DNA of 64,000 bases. It comes from Spirochaetia bacterium. Lineage in GTDB: Bacteria; Spirochaetota; Spirochaetia; SZUA-6; Bin103. Under the pieces are notes generated by a model that saw only the letters and a list, made by a program, of their open reading frames with translations, searched no databases and had not been told where the DNA came from. Both the position numbers and the translations under genes were made by a program. Below are positions 30,144 through 38,954 of the stretch, piece by piece; within the stretch, counting starts at the first letter, position 1, and each line of letters opens with the position of its first letter. The DNA lies in NCBI GenBank assembly GCA_965203905.1, contig CBDBDQ010000005.1, positions 3,872,001 through 3,936,000 of the forward strand, read 5' to 3'.

Positions 30144-31033
30144 GGCTCGCCATGGTGGGGCTGGACACTTCCCATGCGGTCGAGTTTACCCGTCGCCTGC
30201 AGGCACCCGACTGTCCGTCCGACCTGCGCGTGGCGGGCGCGCGAGTGGTGAGTTGCGTGCGCTTCGTGACCGCGTTTCAAGACGCCGCGGGGCTGGACCG
30301 GCGCCAGTCCCAGCTTGAGGCGTGGGGCGTAGCGGTGGGAACGGACCTTGAGGCCGCACTGCACGACGTGGACGCGATCCTGATCACGATCAACGATCCC
30401 GCCCTGCATCTGGAATACGTGCGCCGTTGCGCCGCCTTGAAGAAACCGATCTTTCTGGACAAGCCGCTGGCCGCGAACCTGGCCGAGGGACGGGAGATCG
30501 CCGCCATCGCGGCCGCGCATGAGGTGCCGCTGTGCTCGGCCTCGTCGCTGCGCTTCGTGCCCGCGTTGAGGGAGGCGTGCGCGCAGGTGCCGGAGCCGGG
30601 TTCCGCGGCCACCTGGGGCGCTCTTGGCCGGGCCCCCGCCGGAAGTTCCATCGTGTGGTACGGCGTGCACGGGGTGGAGATGCTGCAGCGCGCGCTGGGC
30701 CGCGGCGCCCGCGCGGTGAGCACTCACCCGGTCAGCGGCGGGGCGGTGCTGGTGGTGGAGTACGAGCGCGGCGCCACCGGGGTGGTGGAGCTGTACGAAG
30801 GCGGTGGCTACGGCGGCGTGCTGCGGGCGGCGCCCGACGCGGATGGGCCGGCGGCGGCGCCCTACGTGGTGGACATGCGCACCGGCTATAGCGACCTGCT
30901 GCGCGCGGTGGTGCCGTTCCTGGCCGGCGGGCCGACGCCGGTGCCCCTGGCCGACACCCTGGAGGTGATGGCGATCCTCGACGCTGCCGACCGTGCCAGC
31001 CGCAACGGCCGTACGGAGCCGACCTTCCCCTGA
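30140..31033 (+). CDS. Gfo/Idh/MocA family oxidoreductase
   Basis: GLDTSHA, DKPLA, SASSLRF, WYGVHGVE; ATGA overlap. Confidence 0.85.
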   Translation: MRLAMVGLDTSHAVEFTRRLQAPDCPSDLRVAGARVVSCVRFVTAFQDAAGLDRRQSQLEAWGVAVGTDLEAALHDVDAILITINDPALHLEYVRRCAALKKPIFLDKPLAANLAEGREIAAIAAAHEVPLCSASSLRFVPALREACAQVPEPGSAATWGALGRAPAGSSIVWYGVHGVEMLQRALGRGARAVSTHPVSGGAVLVVEYERGATGVVELYEGGGYGGVLRAAPDADGPAAAPYVVDMRTGYSDLLRAVVPFLAGGPTPVPLADTLEVMAILDAADRASRNGRTEPTFP

Positions 31034-31052
31034 GCCGGACGCCAGCCGCGGA

Positions 31053-32138
31053 CTACAGGGCGGCGGCTACCAGGTCTCCTACGTCGGTGGTGGAATGGCC
31101 CATCTGGCCGGCGGACATGCTCTTCATCCTGGGCGTGGTCTGGCCGATGGCGTCCTCCACCCGCTGCCCGGCGCGGCTCAGGTTTGGCAGTCCCTTCTGG
31201 TCGCCGAGCACCGAAAGCAGCATTCCCATGGCGGCGATGGCGGCGATCGGGTTGATGATGTTCTGGCCGGTGTACTTGGGCGCGGAGCCGCCCATGCACT
31301 CGAACATGCTGCAGCCGCCCGGATCGGGGTTGATGTTGCCGCCGGCGGAGACGCCGAGACCGCCCTGAATCATGGCACCGATGTCGGTAATGATGTCGCC
31401 GAACATGTTGGGCACCACGATGGTGTCGTAGAACTCGGGATTCTTGACGAACCACATGCAGGCGGCGTCGATGTGGTTGTAGTCGCGCTCGATGTCCGGG
31501 TACTCGGCCTCGCCGATCTCGTGGAAGGCACGGAACCAGAGGTCGGCGGCGAAGGTGAGGACGTTGGTCTTGTGCACCAGGGTGAGCTGCCGGCGGTCGT
31601 TGCGCCGCCGGCAGTGCTCGAACGCCCAGCGCAGGCAGCGGTTCACGCCGAAGCGGGTGGCGATCATCTCCTGGGTGGCGATCTCCTGCTCCGTGCCCTT
31701 GCGCAGGAAGCCGCCGGCGCCGCAGTACAGGTCCTCGGTGTTCTCCCGCACCACGTCGAAGCGGATGTGCTCGGGCCCCTTGTCCTTCAGCGGGCAGTCG
31801 ACCCCGGGATAGAGCTTGACCGGCCGCAGGTTGATGTACTGGTCGAGCTGGAACCGGATCGAGAGCAGCAGGCCCTTTTCCAGGATGCCGGGCTTGACAT
31901 CCGGATGGCCGATGGCGCCCAGGTAGATGGCGTCGAACTGGCGCAACTCGTCGATCTGCTGCTCGCTGATCACCTCGCCGGTGGCCAGGTAGCGGTCGCC
32001 GCCGTAGTCGAACTCGACCCGCTCGTAGGTGAAGCCCTCCAGCGGCGCCACCGCCTCCAGGATCTTGCACGCCTCAGCGGTGACCTCGGGCCCGGTGCCG
32101 TCGCCGGGTATCACGGCCAGCTTGATGGAATCGGACAT
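31053..32138 (-). CDS. leuB: 3-isopropylmalate dehydrogenase
   Basis: PGDGTGPEV, NLRP, RENTEDLY, HKTNV, NMFGDIITD, GSAP. Confidence 0.85.
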   Translation of the reverse strand: MSDSIKLAVIPGDGTGPEVTAEACKILEAVAPLEGFTYERVEFDYGGDRYLATGEVISEQQIDELRQFDAIYLGAIGHPDVKPGILEKGLLLSIRFQLDQYINLRPVKLYPGVDCPLKDKGPEHIRFDVVRENTEDLYCGAGGFLRKGTEQEIATQEMIATRFGVNRCLRWAFEHCRRRNDRRQLTLVHKTNVLTFAADLWFRAFHEIGEAEYPDIERDYNHIDAACMWFVKNPEFYDTIVVPNMFGDIITDIGAMIQGGLGVSAGGNINPDPGGCSMFECMGGSAPKYTGQNIINPIAAIAAMGMLLSVLGDQKGLPNLSRAGQRVEDAIGQTTPRMKSMSAGQMGHSTTDVGDLVAAAL

Positions 32139-32209
32139 GGTTCTGCAGATGCTCCGTAGTTGTTGGTGAGGATGGGATCGTGCCGCGGCCGCGGCGGCCG
32201 GGCGCCGCG

Positions 32210-32239
32210 AGTATACCGCCGGCCGGCCGCACCCGGCAA
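32210..32239 (-). promoter_or_regulatory. Putative sigma70 promoter for leuB
   Basis: TTGCCG-N18-TATACT on the minus strand. Confidence 0.45.
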
Positions 32240-32258
32240 CGAAGCCTCGGGGGAGCCG

Positions 32259-34147
32259 GGACTATCCCACGCTGCGCGAGAAGCCGACTACCGATCGTTG
32301 CTCCCGCTGCCCTTGGACCGACGCCCGACGACCCAACTCGCATCCTGGCGAGCGCCGATCACGTGGCCCCGTCTGGCGGCGATCCGTACACCCGATGCCG
32401 GAAACGGTGGTGAGCAGAACAATGAAGCCTCAAGTTCCGCGGCTCGGCACTGCCGCCAAGCGCGAAGGGAACGATGTGGTCGAGCTCCAGCAGGAAGCAG
32501 GACCCGCAGCGCCGTCCGCTGTGCGGATCGACGTAACTGCAGCGGCCGCCGTCGCGGCGCCACACCTCGCGCTTCACTGGTGCCGGGATGTAGCGGGATC
32601 GACGCGCCCGGTGGGGCGGCGGCGCACTGCCTCCGGAGGGGCCGGATGCCGCGGGCGGCGGCCGCGAACGGCCATCGAGCTGCGCCGCCCCTGGCCGCTT
32701 CGCTGGCGAAGTACGGTTGCGACCGCGATCCGCCCCTGCCCGCGCGGTCGGCATACTCTGTTCTGCCGGCGGCGTCGGTACGGTGGCGTGGGACCCACGA
32801 TTGGCTACCGACTTCGCCGCCGAAGCAGCGGTTCCGGACGCCGCCGCTGGCTTGCCACTCACCGGGATGATGCTGTCGCAAGTCTCGCGCCCCGCCGGCG
32901 GCGCGGGCAGCGCTGCCATCGCCGAGGTGCTGGCGCCGCCAATCCCGCGCGCGGGCTCCTCTGCGGACAGCGCTGCCGGCGCCGGGGTGCTGCCACCGGT
33001 GATCGTGCCCTCCGGCGGCGGCGGCACTCCGGGTTGCTCTTGCGCGTCCCGCTTCGCCGGCGAATCCGCCCCGCCCGCCGGCCCTTGCTGCGCCTGCGGC
33101 TCCGGCGCCTGGCCCGCGCTTGCCTCCCGGCGCCCACCTCTGCGCCCGCGCGGCGGCCGCCCCGGGTCGTAGCGCTGCAGGCCGTCCTGCACCAGCCGCT
33201 CCACGAGCTGCCCCAGCGTCAGGTGCGGGTCCACGTGCGACAGCAGTGCCCGTAGCTGCTCGATCCCGCGCTGACACTCGGCGTCGATCACCACCTTCAG
33301 CTCCCAGCGGCCGTCGCCCAGCGCCCGCATGCGATCGGCCGGCCGCGCCAGCTCGGGAGCCACCCCGGCCAACAACTGCTTCACCTCGCGCGTGCTCTTG
33401 CCGCTCGCCTGCGCCACCAGCTCCTGCCGCTGCGCCGCGTCCAGCGCCGGCACCGGTGGCGCCGGCGCCGCTGCCCCGGTCCCCAAAGCCCCCGCCTCCG
33501 GCGTCGTCCCGGTGGCGCCCGGCAGCAGCTCCGGTGCCGCGGGTGCCGCGCCGGGGTCCGCGGCGGCGGTCGCGGTGCGCTGCAGGAGATCGAAGGTGTT
33601 CTGCAACTGCGCCGCCGCGCTCAGGGAGAGTGAGCCGTCCTGCAGCCGCTCGCGTGTCCCGGCGGTCTCGGAGCACAGGCGCATAGCCTTTATACGGCGC
33701 CACGCGGCGCCTTCGCTGTAGCCCAGTTCCCGCACCGCGTAGTCGAACAGGCTGGAGAACCCGAGGCGCAGGTGCAGGTGGCGGGCGTGGATCTCGCGCA
33801 GGTGGTCGAGGACGGCGAGCTGCAGCGCCTGCTCGTGCAGGACGAGGGACCTGGTGTGCGCCAGCAGCACCTGGTCGGGGAGCCCGGAGAGCGAGGAGGC
33901 GAAGCCGGTAGGGGTCGCGGTAGCCACAGTAGCCATGGCGTAAATATAAGCATGGCTGAGAAATGGCCGGTTTCTGCGAGTCCCGGATCGGCACCTGGAA
34001 GGCCTCAGGCCAGCGCTGGCGGGGTACTGGCGGGCCTGGAGGGCGTGGCGGGATGCTCGAAGGGTAGGACGGGCCGGAACGTGCGTCAGGGGGCCGTAAC
34101 GAGCGGCGCCAAACCCGTCAAGTGCTCAGCGCACCTTTTTGGCACTT
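32259..34147 (-). repeat. HNH-element copy 1 (gene plus conserved non-coding flanks)
   Basis: Homologous in inverted orientation to 52964..54825, including ~210 bp upstream and ~100 bp downstream. Confidence 0.9.
32359..33936 (-). CDS. HNH endonuclease with DUF222-like helical N-terminus and Pro/Ala-rich linker
   Basis: HLREI..R..L.LGFSSLFDY...LGYSE.AA.RRI.A.RL; RYIPA.VKR.VW.RDGGRC..C..LELDHIVPFALGG....NLRLHC..H. Confidence 0.88.
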   Translation of the reverse strand: MATVATATPTGFASSLSGLPDQVLLAHTRSLVLHEQALQLAVLDHLREIHARHLHLRLGFSSLFDYAVRELGYSEGAAWRRIKAMRLCSETAGTRERLQDGSLSLSAAAQLQNTFDLLQRTATAAADPGAAPAAPELLPGATGTTPEAGALGTGAAAPAPPVPALDAAQRQELVAQASGKSTREVKQLLAGVAPELARPADRMRALGDGRWELKVVIDAECQRGIEQLRALLSHVDPHLTLGQLVERLVQDGLQRYDPGRPPRGRRGGRREASAGQAPEPQAQQGPAGGADSPAKRDAQEQPGVPPPPEGTITGGSTPAPAALSAEEPARGIGGASTSAMAALPAPPAGRETCDSIIPVSGKPAAASGTAASAAKSVANRGSHATVPTPPAEQSMPTARAGADRGRNRTSPAKRPGAAQLDGRSRPPPAASGPSGGSAPPPHRARRSRYIPAPVKREVWRRDGGRCSYVDPHSGRRCGSCFLLELDHIVPFALGGSAEPRNLRLHCSAHHRFRHRVYGSPPDGAT

Positions 34148-34394
34148 TTTCGCACAATCCTGCCACGCGCCGCCAACGTGGCAGCAACGCATCGGCGGAG
34201 ACCGGCGCGTTGCGGGTAGCCCCTCGTTTCTGGACACATCGTACAGCGAACGAACCACACACCCTGAAGGCGGCGATCTACAGGCGGCGCGCCGCGCCGG
34301 GGCCATCACCGCAGCTCGCCCACACACGGGATGCAGACGTCGTTCAGCATGGGATGGCCCTGGGCGGGAGGCGAGGTTCGGATCGCCGTGCCCC

Positions 34395-36041
34395 TCAGAG
34401 TCGCCGCGCCGATTCGCCCCAGTGCCAGTCGGGCTGGTCGACGCGGTAGCTGTGGTAGCTCATCGCCGGCTGCCACCGCGGCCACTCCAGCTCCACCCCG
34501 TCCCGCTCCAGCCGCCGCTGCAGCGCCGTCAGGAGTTCGCTGTCGCCACGTACCGCGCGCGGCCGCACGCTGCGGTCCAAGCAGAAGGCCGCCAGGTGCC
34601 CCGCGGCCTCGCCGGTCGACCATTCGTTGGGGTGGAGCCGGAAGCAGCCGTTGGTGACGTGGGTTGCGCCGATGTTCTTGCACGCCGGCAGCAGGTTGTC
34701 GACCCGGATCGGCAGCAGGGCCCCGAGCGACAGTTGCTGCGGCCAGTGCTTGCGGTGCAGGCTCAAGGTGTAGCTCTGCCCTGCCGGGTGCGGCTCGTGC
34801 ACGTCGATGCGGTAGCCGCCCACCGCCACCGCGTCGGCGAACCGCTCGGGCGCCTCTTCCCGTCCCGGCTGCTCGCGGTGGAACGAGCGCTCGGTCACCG
34901 TGTATTCGGCGCGGATGCGGCGCGACTCGCGGATGTAGGGCTGGACCGCGAGGCCGTCGGCGCTGTCGAACACGTCCGGCCGCGGCCGGATGCCGGGAAA
35001 GCCGCGCCGGCCGCGGTAGCCGGGCTCGATCTCGGTCTGCAGGAAGTGCAGCAGTGACAGGCTCAACTGGCGCGCCGCCTCCCGGTTGGCCGCCGCTTCC
35101 CGCGGCGGGACGCCGCACAGCACACCATCGCGGTACTCGTTGCCGCTCATCAGCATGGTCACGTCGGCGTCGATGGTACCCGGCAGGAAGTTGGCCGCGC
35201 ACAGCACGCGCCGGAAGTTCCAGATGCAGAACTGGTAGGGCTGCGACGGGTCATCCATGGATGCGGCGAACAGGCGGCGCTGCTTCAGCGCGGGGTCGTC
35301 GGAGACGCCCACCAGGGAGGCGAAGCCGTCGCGGTAGCGGGCGTAGTCGGGCGGGCGCTCGACGGTGTGGTCCTCGCCGGGGCGGTAGTCGACGGCGACC
35401 AGGTGCGTGAAGCCCTGCTGGCGCAGGGGATCGGCGTGCTCCAGGGCGTTCGGCTCGCCGGTTTCTGCACGCGCCTCGGCGCCGATCACGTGCTCGACGC
35501 TGCCCAGCTCCAGGAGCTCGCCCAGGTCGGTGGCGTCCAGCACGTAGTCGGCCGCGACGGTCAGCAGGTCGCCGCCGCGGGTGGACTGCAGCGTGACGGC
35601 CGGTATCAGGTCGCGGTCTGATTCCACCGCCACCGGCCGATGGTGCAGCGCCAGCAGGATGCGCGCGGCCGCCAGGTAGGGGGCGAGCATCTCCTCCAGC
35701 ACCGCGCGGCCCACCTTGGGCTCGAAGCACAGCGCCGACACCCAGCCGGCCCCGGGGTTGAACGCCCGCTCCGCGCGCGACTGCGCGGTGAGCGGGTAGT
35801 TGCGCCGGTAGTAGTCGCGCACCGAGCGCCGGAACTGGCGGTAGCTCTCGCTGGAGCCGTAGCGCTCGATCCACGGGTGCTCGTCCAGCGGCACCCCCTG
35901 GGCAGTGGCCTGACCGCCGATCCAACCGCTCTCCTCGGTGAGCACCACCCGGCGCCCGGCGCGCGCCGCCGCCAGGGCCGCCGACACCCCGCCGAAACTG
36001 GCCCCCACGATCAGAATCTCCGAGTCCCATTCACGATGCAC
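34395..36041 (-). CDS. FAD-dependent oxidoreductase (FAD_oxidored family)
   Basis: IVGASFGGVSAA, DATDLGE, PYIRESRRI, RLHP.EW..GEAAG. Confidence 0.88.
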   Translation of the reverse strand: MHREWDSEILIVGASFGGVSAALAAARAGRRVVLTEESGWIGGQATAQGVPLDEHPWIERYGSSESYRQFRRSVRDYYRRNYPLTAQSRAERAFNPGAGWVSALCFEPKVGRAVLEEMLAPYLAAARILLALHHRPVAVESDRDLIPAVTLQSTRGGDLLTVAADYVLDATDLGELLELGSVEHVIGAEARAETGEPNALEHADPLRQQGFTHLVAVDYRPGEDHTVERPPDYARYRDGFASLVGVSDDPALKQRRLFAASMDDPSQPYQFCIWNFRRVLCAANFLPGTIDADVTMLMSGNEYRDGVLCGVPPREAAANREAARQLSLSLLHFLQTEIEPGYRGRRGFPGIRPRPDVFDSADGLAVQPYIRESRRIRAEYTVTERSFHREQPGREEAPERFADAVAVGGYRIDVHEPHPAGQSYTLSLHRKHWPQQLSLGALLPIRVDNLLPACKNIGATHVTNGCFRLHPNEWSTGEAAGHLAAFCLDRSVRPRAVRGDSELLTALQRRLERDGVELEWPRWQPAMSYHSYRVDQPDWHWGESARRL

Positions 36042-36144
36042 CGCAACCCCTCTCAGACGTGGTCCCAGCTCCGCGCCGACCGACCCCGGCGCGCCGAATT
36101 GCCCGATGCGCCCCCGCAGGCGCCGTCCCCGCCGCGGGCGCACG

Positions 36145-36545
36145 TCAGCCCCGAGAGTCTGGCACTGCCGGCGGTGATTGACCAGGCTCCATATTCGTCA
36201 GTTCGCTGCAGTAGTCACGCAGATAGCCACGATCGCGAGCCAACAGCCGGTCGCTGTGGACCTGAGCGTGCGCGCCGATGAGAAGTCCGGCACGACCCGC
36301 CCCGCGGGTCCTCCGCGTTCGAGATACCGCGCAAAGTGCTGGCCGGCCAACGCCGCGGCTGCCTCGCTGCCGGGCACAAACTCGACGCCGAGATCGTGCA
36401 GCATTCAGTCAGTTCCATATTCGACTGCAGCGCGGGTATGGTTTCCGCGACTACGCATTCGCAACGCGATCAGGCGCCCTTCCCGACGGGTCCGCTGCAG
36501 GGCCTCCACGCGCCGCGCCCCCTGCTCCGTGAGTGCCCTGCATTC
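36145..36545 (-). pseudogene. PIN/VapC toxin pseudogene with several frameshifts
   Basis: Across frames: EALQR..EGRLI / CECVVAE / LGVEFVP..AAALAG..RGG..RVVPDF / LIGAHA..LLARDRGYLRDY. Confidence 0.7.
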
Positions 36546-36627
36546 AGCCATCGTCAGCCCCATCCCCTCGGAACCTCCTCGCGCTCTACGAAGGGCTCCG
36601 GACCGGACCCTCAGGTCCAGCCTCTTC

Positions 36628-36721
36628 GGTTAGATTCTTAAATGAGGCACGCTTTCCGCAGGGTTAGATTCTTGATGAGTCAATGCGGCTTATTGACATT
36701 CACCTCCTAATCGGGTATCGT
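36628..36721 (+). promoter_or_regulatory. Sigma70 promoter with upstream 12 bp direct repeats
   Basis: GGTTAGATTCTT at 36628 and 36662; TTGACA (36693)-N17-TATCGT (36716). Confidence 0.6.
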
Positions 36722-36727
36722 CGGAGC

Positions 36728-36813
36728 GGAATGGAAGGGGAATCCGCATGCAGGGGTTCTTGCTTCGTTCTTCCTCGCATGCGGTAGAGGAACTCCTAAC
36801 CTTGCCCCATTCC
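36728..36813 (+). ncRNA. Candidate structured RNA / leader
   Basis: GGAATGG/CCATTCC closing stem enclosing CCGCATGC/GCATGCGG and AGG-AACT-CCT; starts at the expected TSS. Confidence 0.35.
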
Positions 36814-36962
36814 ACTATTTTAGTAAAAAGAGCCGGCATATCGGTGTTTGGTCTGCTTGTTATCCCACCAAGGCACGTCAGTGCCGACGGATGATATAGT
36901 GGCCCCCTTCAATGGGCACCCCGTACTCTTTTCTACATAGACAATTTTGGAGGACAATTCGA

Positions 36963-38084
36963 GTGGATAATTTCTATGGACTACCGATAGTGGAAATGAT
37001 GGATGATGCTATACATGAAAGGCTCTCAGGAGATCTTGATTCTGTCAGTTTAGTTGTCTGGCGAAAGGACATAGAACATGGGAATATCGAACCAGCATTG
37101 AACGAATTGAACAAATTGTTGGATACAGGGAAGAATATTGTCCGTTTTCGTAGCTGGCTCGATCTGTCAGTTTACGGCTATGACGATGATAGTCGGGAAC
37201 TTTGTGAGATATCTGATGTGTGTTCGTACTTTGAACAGTTGACAACTTCGTTTCCATATCTTTTCTTCTTTTTGAATACTCAATTTCCAACATTGAAGGC
37301 AATTATGTATTGTATCTGTGGTGGTCAGGTCTTGAGAAAACTGGCAAGTGGCATTACACAGTATGAAATAGATGATGAGAAATTTCACGCATTTTGGTTA
37401 GAGCAGTGCACTGGTCTTAACGATTTGTTTGAGAAGAACAACTTGGACAAATCGTATCCAGCACTCAATAGAGAAATCACGCTACAGGTTAAGAGCTATT
37501 TTGAACCCGAAGAAGTGGAGTCTATGGCTGATGATTCCTACATATCTGACTTTCTGGACGAATACCTGACGGATAAAGGGTTTGATTTTACTCGAATGCT
37601 CGATGACGATTTTATGGATGCTATTCGGTTACTATGGGAGAAGAACCACTACTCACCTGCGCTGAAGCTCCTGTTCATCATGCTGGATACTTTGGCCTTT
37701 GTGGAATATGGCGACGTCCCCAATGCGTTCGTCCAGTGGATAGATCGGTACTTTGATTTGCGTCCATTAGATGTAAGTTCCGAGGAATTGTGGGAACTTC
37801 GCAACGGAATGATTCACATGTCCGGGTCAGATTCTAGGAAAGTAAAGAATAACAAAGTCTCCCGTCTGGTTCTAGTGTTATGGCCTGCGACGGAGGAGCT
37901 TCCAGTAAAGACTATTAGTGTCGGTAAGTCACTTCACGTTTCGCGCTTATTTGCCGTAGTAATGCCCAAAGGTATTGTTAATTGGGTCAATGCCATGAAT
38001 GATAAAGGTCGATTCGTCGATGTGGTTAAGAAGTACGCTGACACAGTGTTGTCAATGACTCGAATTATTCGATTGGAACAATAA
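36963..38084 (+). CDS. AT-rich two-domain protein: CRR6/DUF1817-like N-domain + HEPN-like C-domain
   Basis: GYDDDSRELCEISDV.SYF..L...FPYLFFFL; C-domain ELWELRNGMIH (Rx4H); GGAGG RBS before GTG 36963. Confidence 0.55.
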   Translation: MDNFYGLPIVEMMDDAIHERLSGDLDSVSLVVWRKDIEHGNIEPALNELNKLLDTGKNIVRFRSWLDLSVYGYDDDSRELCEISDVCSYFEQLTTSFPYLFFFLNTQFPTLKAIMYCICGGQVLRKLASGITQYEIDDEKFHAFWLEQCTGLNDLFEKNNLDKSYPALNREITLQVKSYFEPEEVESMADDSYISDFLDEYLTDKGFDFTRMLDDDFMDAIRLLWEKNHYSPALKLLFIMLDTLAFVEYGDVPNAFVQWIDRYFDLRPLDVSSEELWELRNGMIHMSGSDSRKVKNNKVSRLVLVLWPATEELPVKTISVGKSLHVSRLFAVVMPKGIVNWVNAMNDKGRFVDVVKKYADTVLSMTRIIRLEQ

Positions 38085-38417
38085 GATACAAAGTGAACCA
38101 CTTAAGTTGCCCCTTAATCAGAAAATCGCGCCAACGAGACCCTTCTAAGAAATGTCTAATTGCGTCGGTAATCTCTTTAACTATATTATATTGTGGTGTG
38201 GTTCGACTGCGGTTTTCGTCTCCTCCAGTTGGAACTTGCCTGCTACTGGCACCTCGCGCCGGAACGGTACCCTCTCTTCGCCGCCCACCTGCCCTCCTGT
38301 TCCTAACGAGCCTCACCCGTCCGTGACAGGGACGACCACGAAACCCGGCTTCGGCATCGTACGCTGACCGGCACTCGGTTGTGTCAGTCGACACGGTCAC
38401 CCTGTGACGCCTAGCGC

Positions 38418-38580
38418 CTATGGCGGCGCCTGCACGGCGATACTCGGTGCGAACGCTTCGTAGTAACGCACGTTCCAGGTGATGATCGTCGATGCTTCGG
38501 CCTTCAGTGCGGCTACCGCGATGAGCACGTCGGGATACGGCGCAGGCAGTCTCTCAGGGCCGCATAGGTCGTCGACTCAC
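38418..38580 (-). pseudogene. Internally deleted PIN/VapC toxin remnant
   Basis: TYAAL / RLPAPY joined directly to DVLIAVAALKAEASTIITWNVRYYEAF. Confidence 0.6.
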
Positions 38581-38849
38581 TCAGCCATCTCCGGCTTCTT
38601 CGGTCCGTTGCGAAGTTCCGCAATCGTCCTGGTTACCTCTGCCGCGCGCATGACCGGCTGGTTCTCGTTGGGTACTGCGACCACGAGAGAGCTGCGGCGC
38701 TGCAGGATGACCGTCAGCGGGACCGGTTCGATCTCCACGTGGCCGCCCTGCACGCGAAACTGGACCTCGGTGCCCGGGCGCAGATTGGCCGCTTCGCGAA
38801 TCGCCTTGGGCACAACGATACGGCCGGCGTGGTCAATGGTAGATCTCAT
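38577..38849 (-). CDS. AbrB/MazE/SpoVT-family antitoxin
   Basis: MRSTIDHAGRIVVPKAIREAANLRPGTEV. Confidence 0.85.
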   Translation of the reverse strand: MRSTIDHAGRIVVPKAIREAANLRPGTEVQFRVQGGHVEIEPVPLTVILQRRSSLVVAVPNENQPVMRAAEVTRTIAELRNGPKKPEMAE

Positions 38850-38954
38850 GTCACCATCGGTACCATCTGACTTGCCATCGCACAAGCCATTGTCACGACG
38901 CCCCGAACGCGGGCCGGTTCCGGGTGGTATGATGGGCCGCGGAGGGTCGCCATC

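Noticed and set aside
32359-33936. IscB/Cas9 identity for the HNH proteins
   Set aside because: No split RuvC motifs or PLMP N-terminus visible; the HNH domain is C-terminal
34160-34215. Hairpins just outside HNH copy 1
   Set aside because: Absent from copy 2 and not distinguishable from chance in GC-rich DNA
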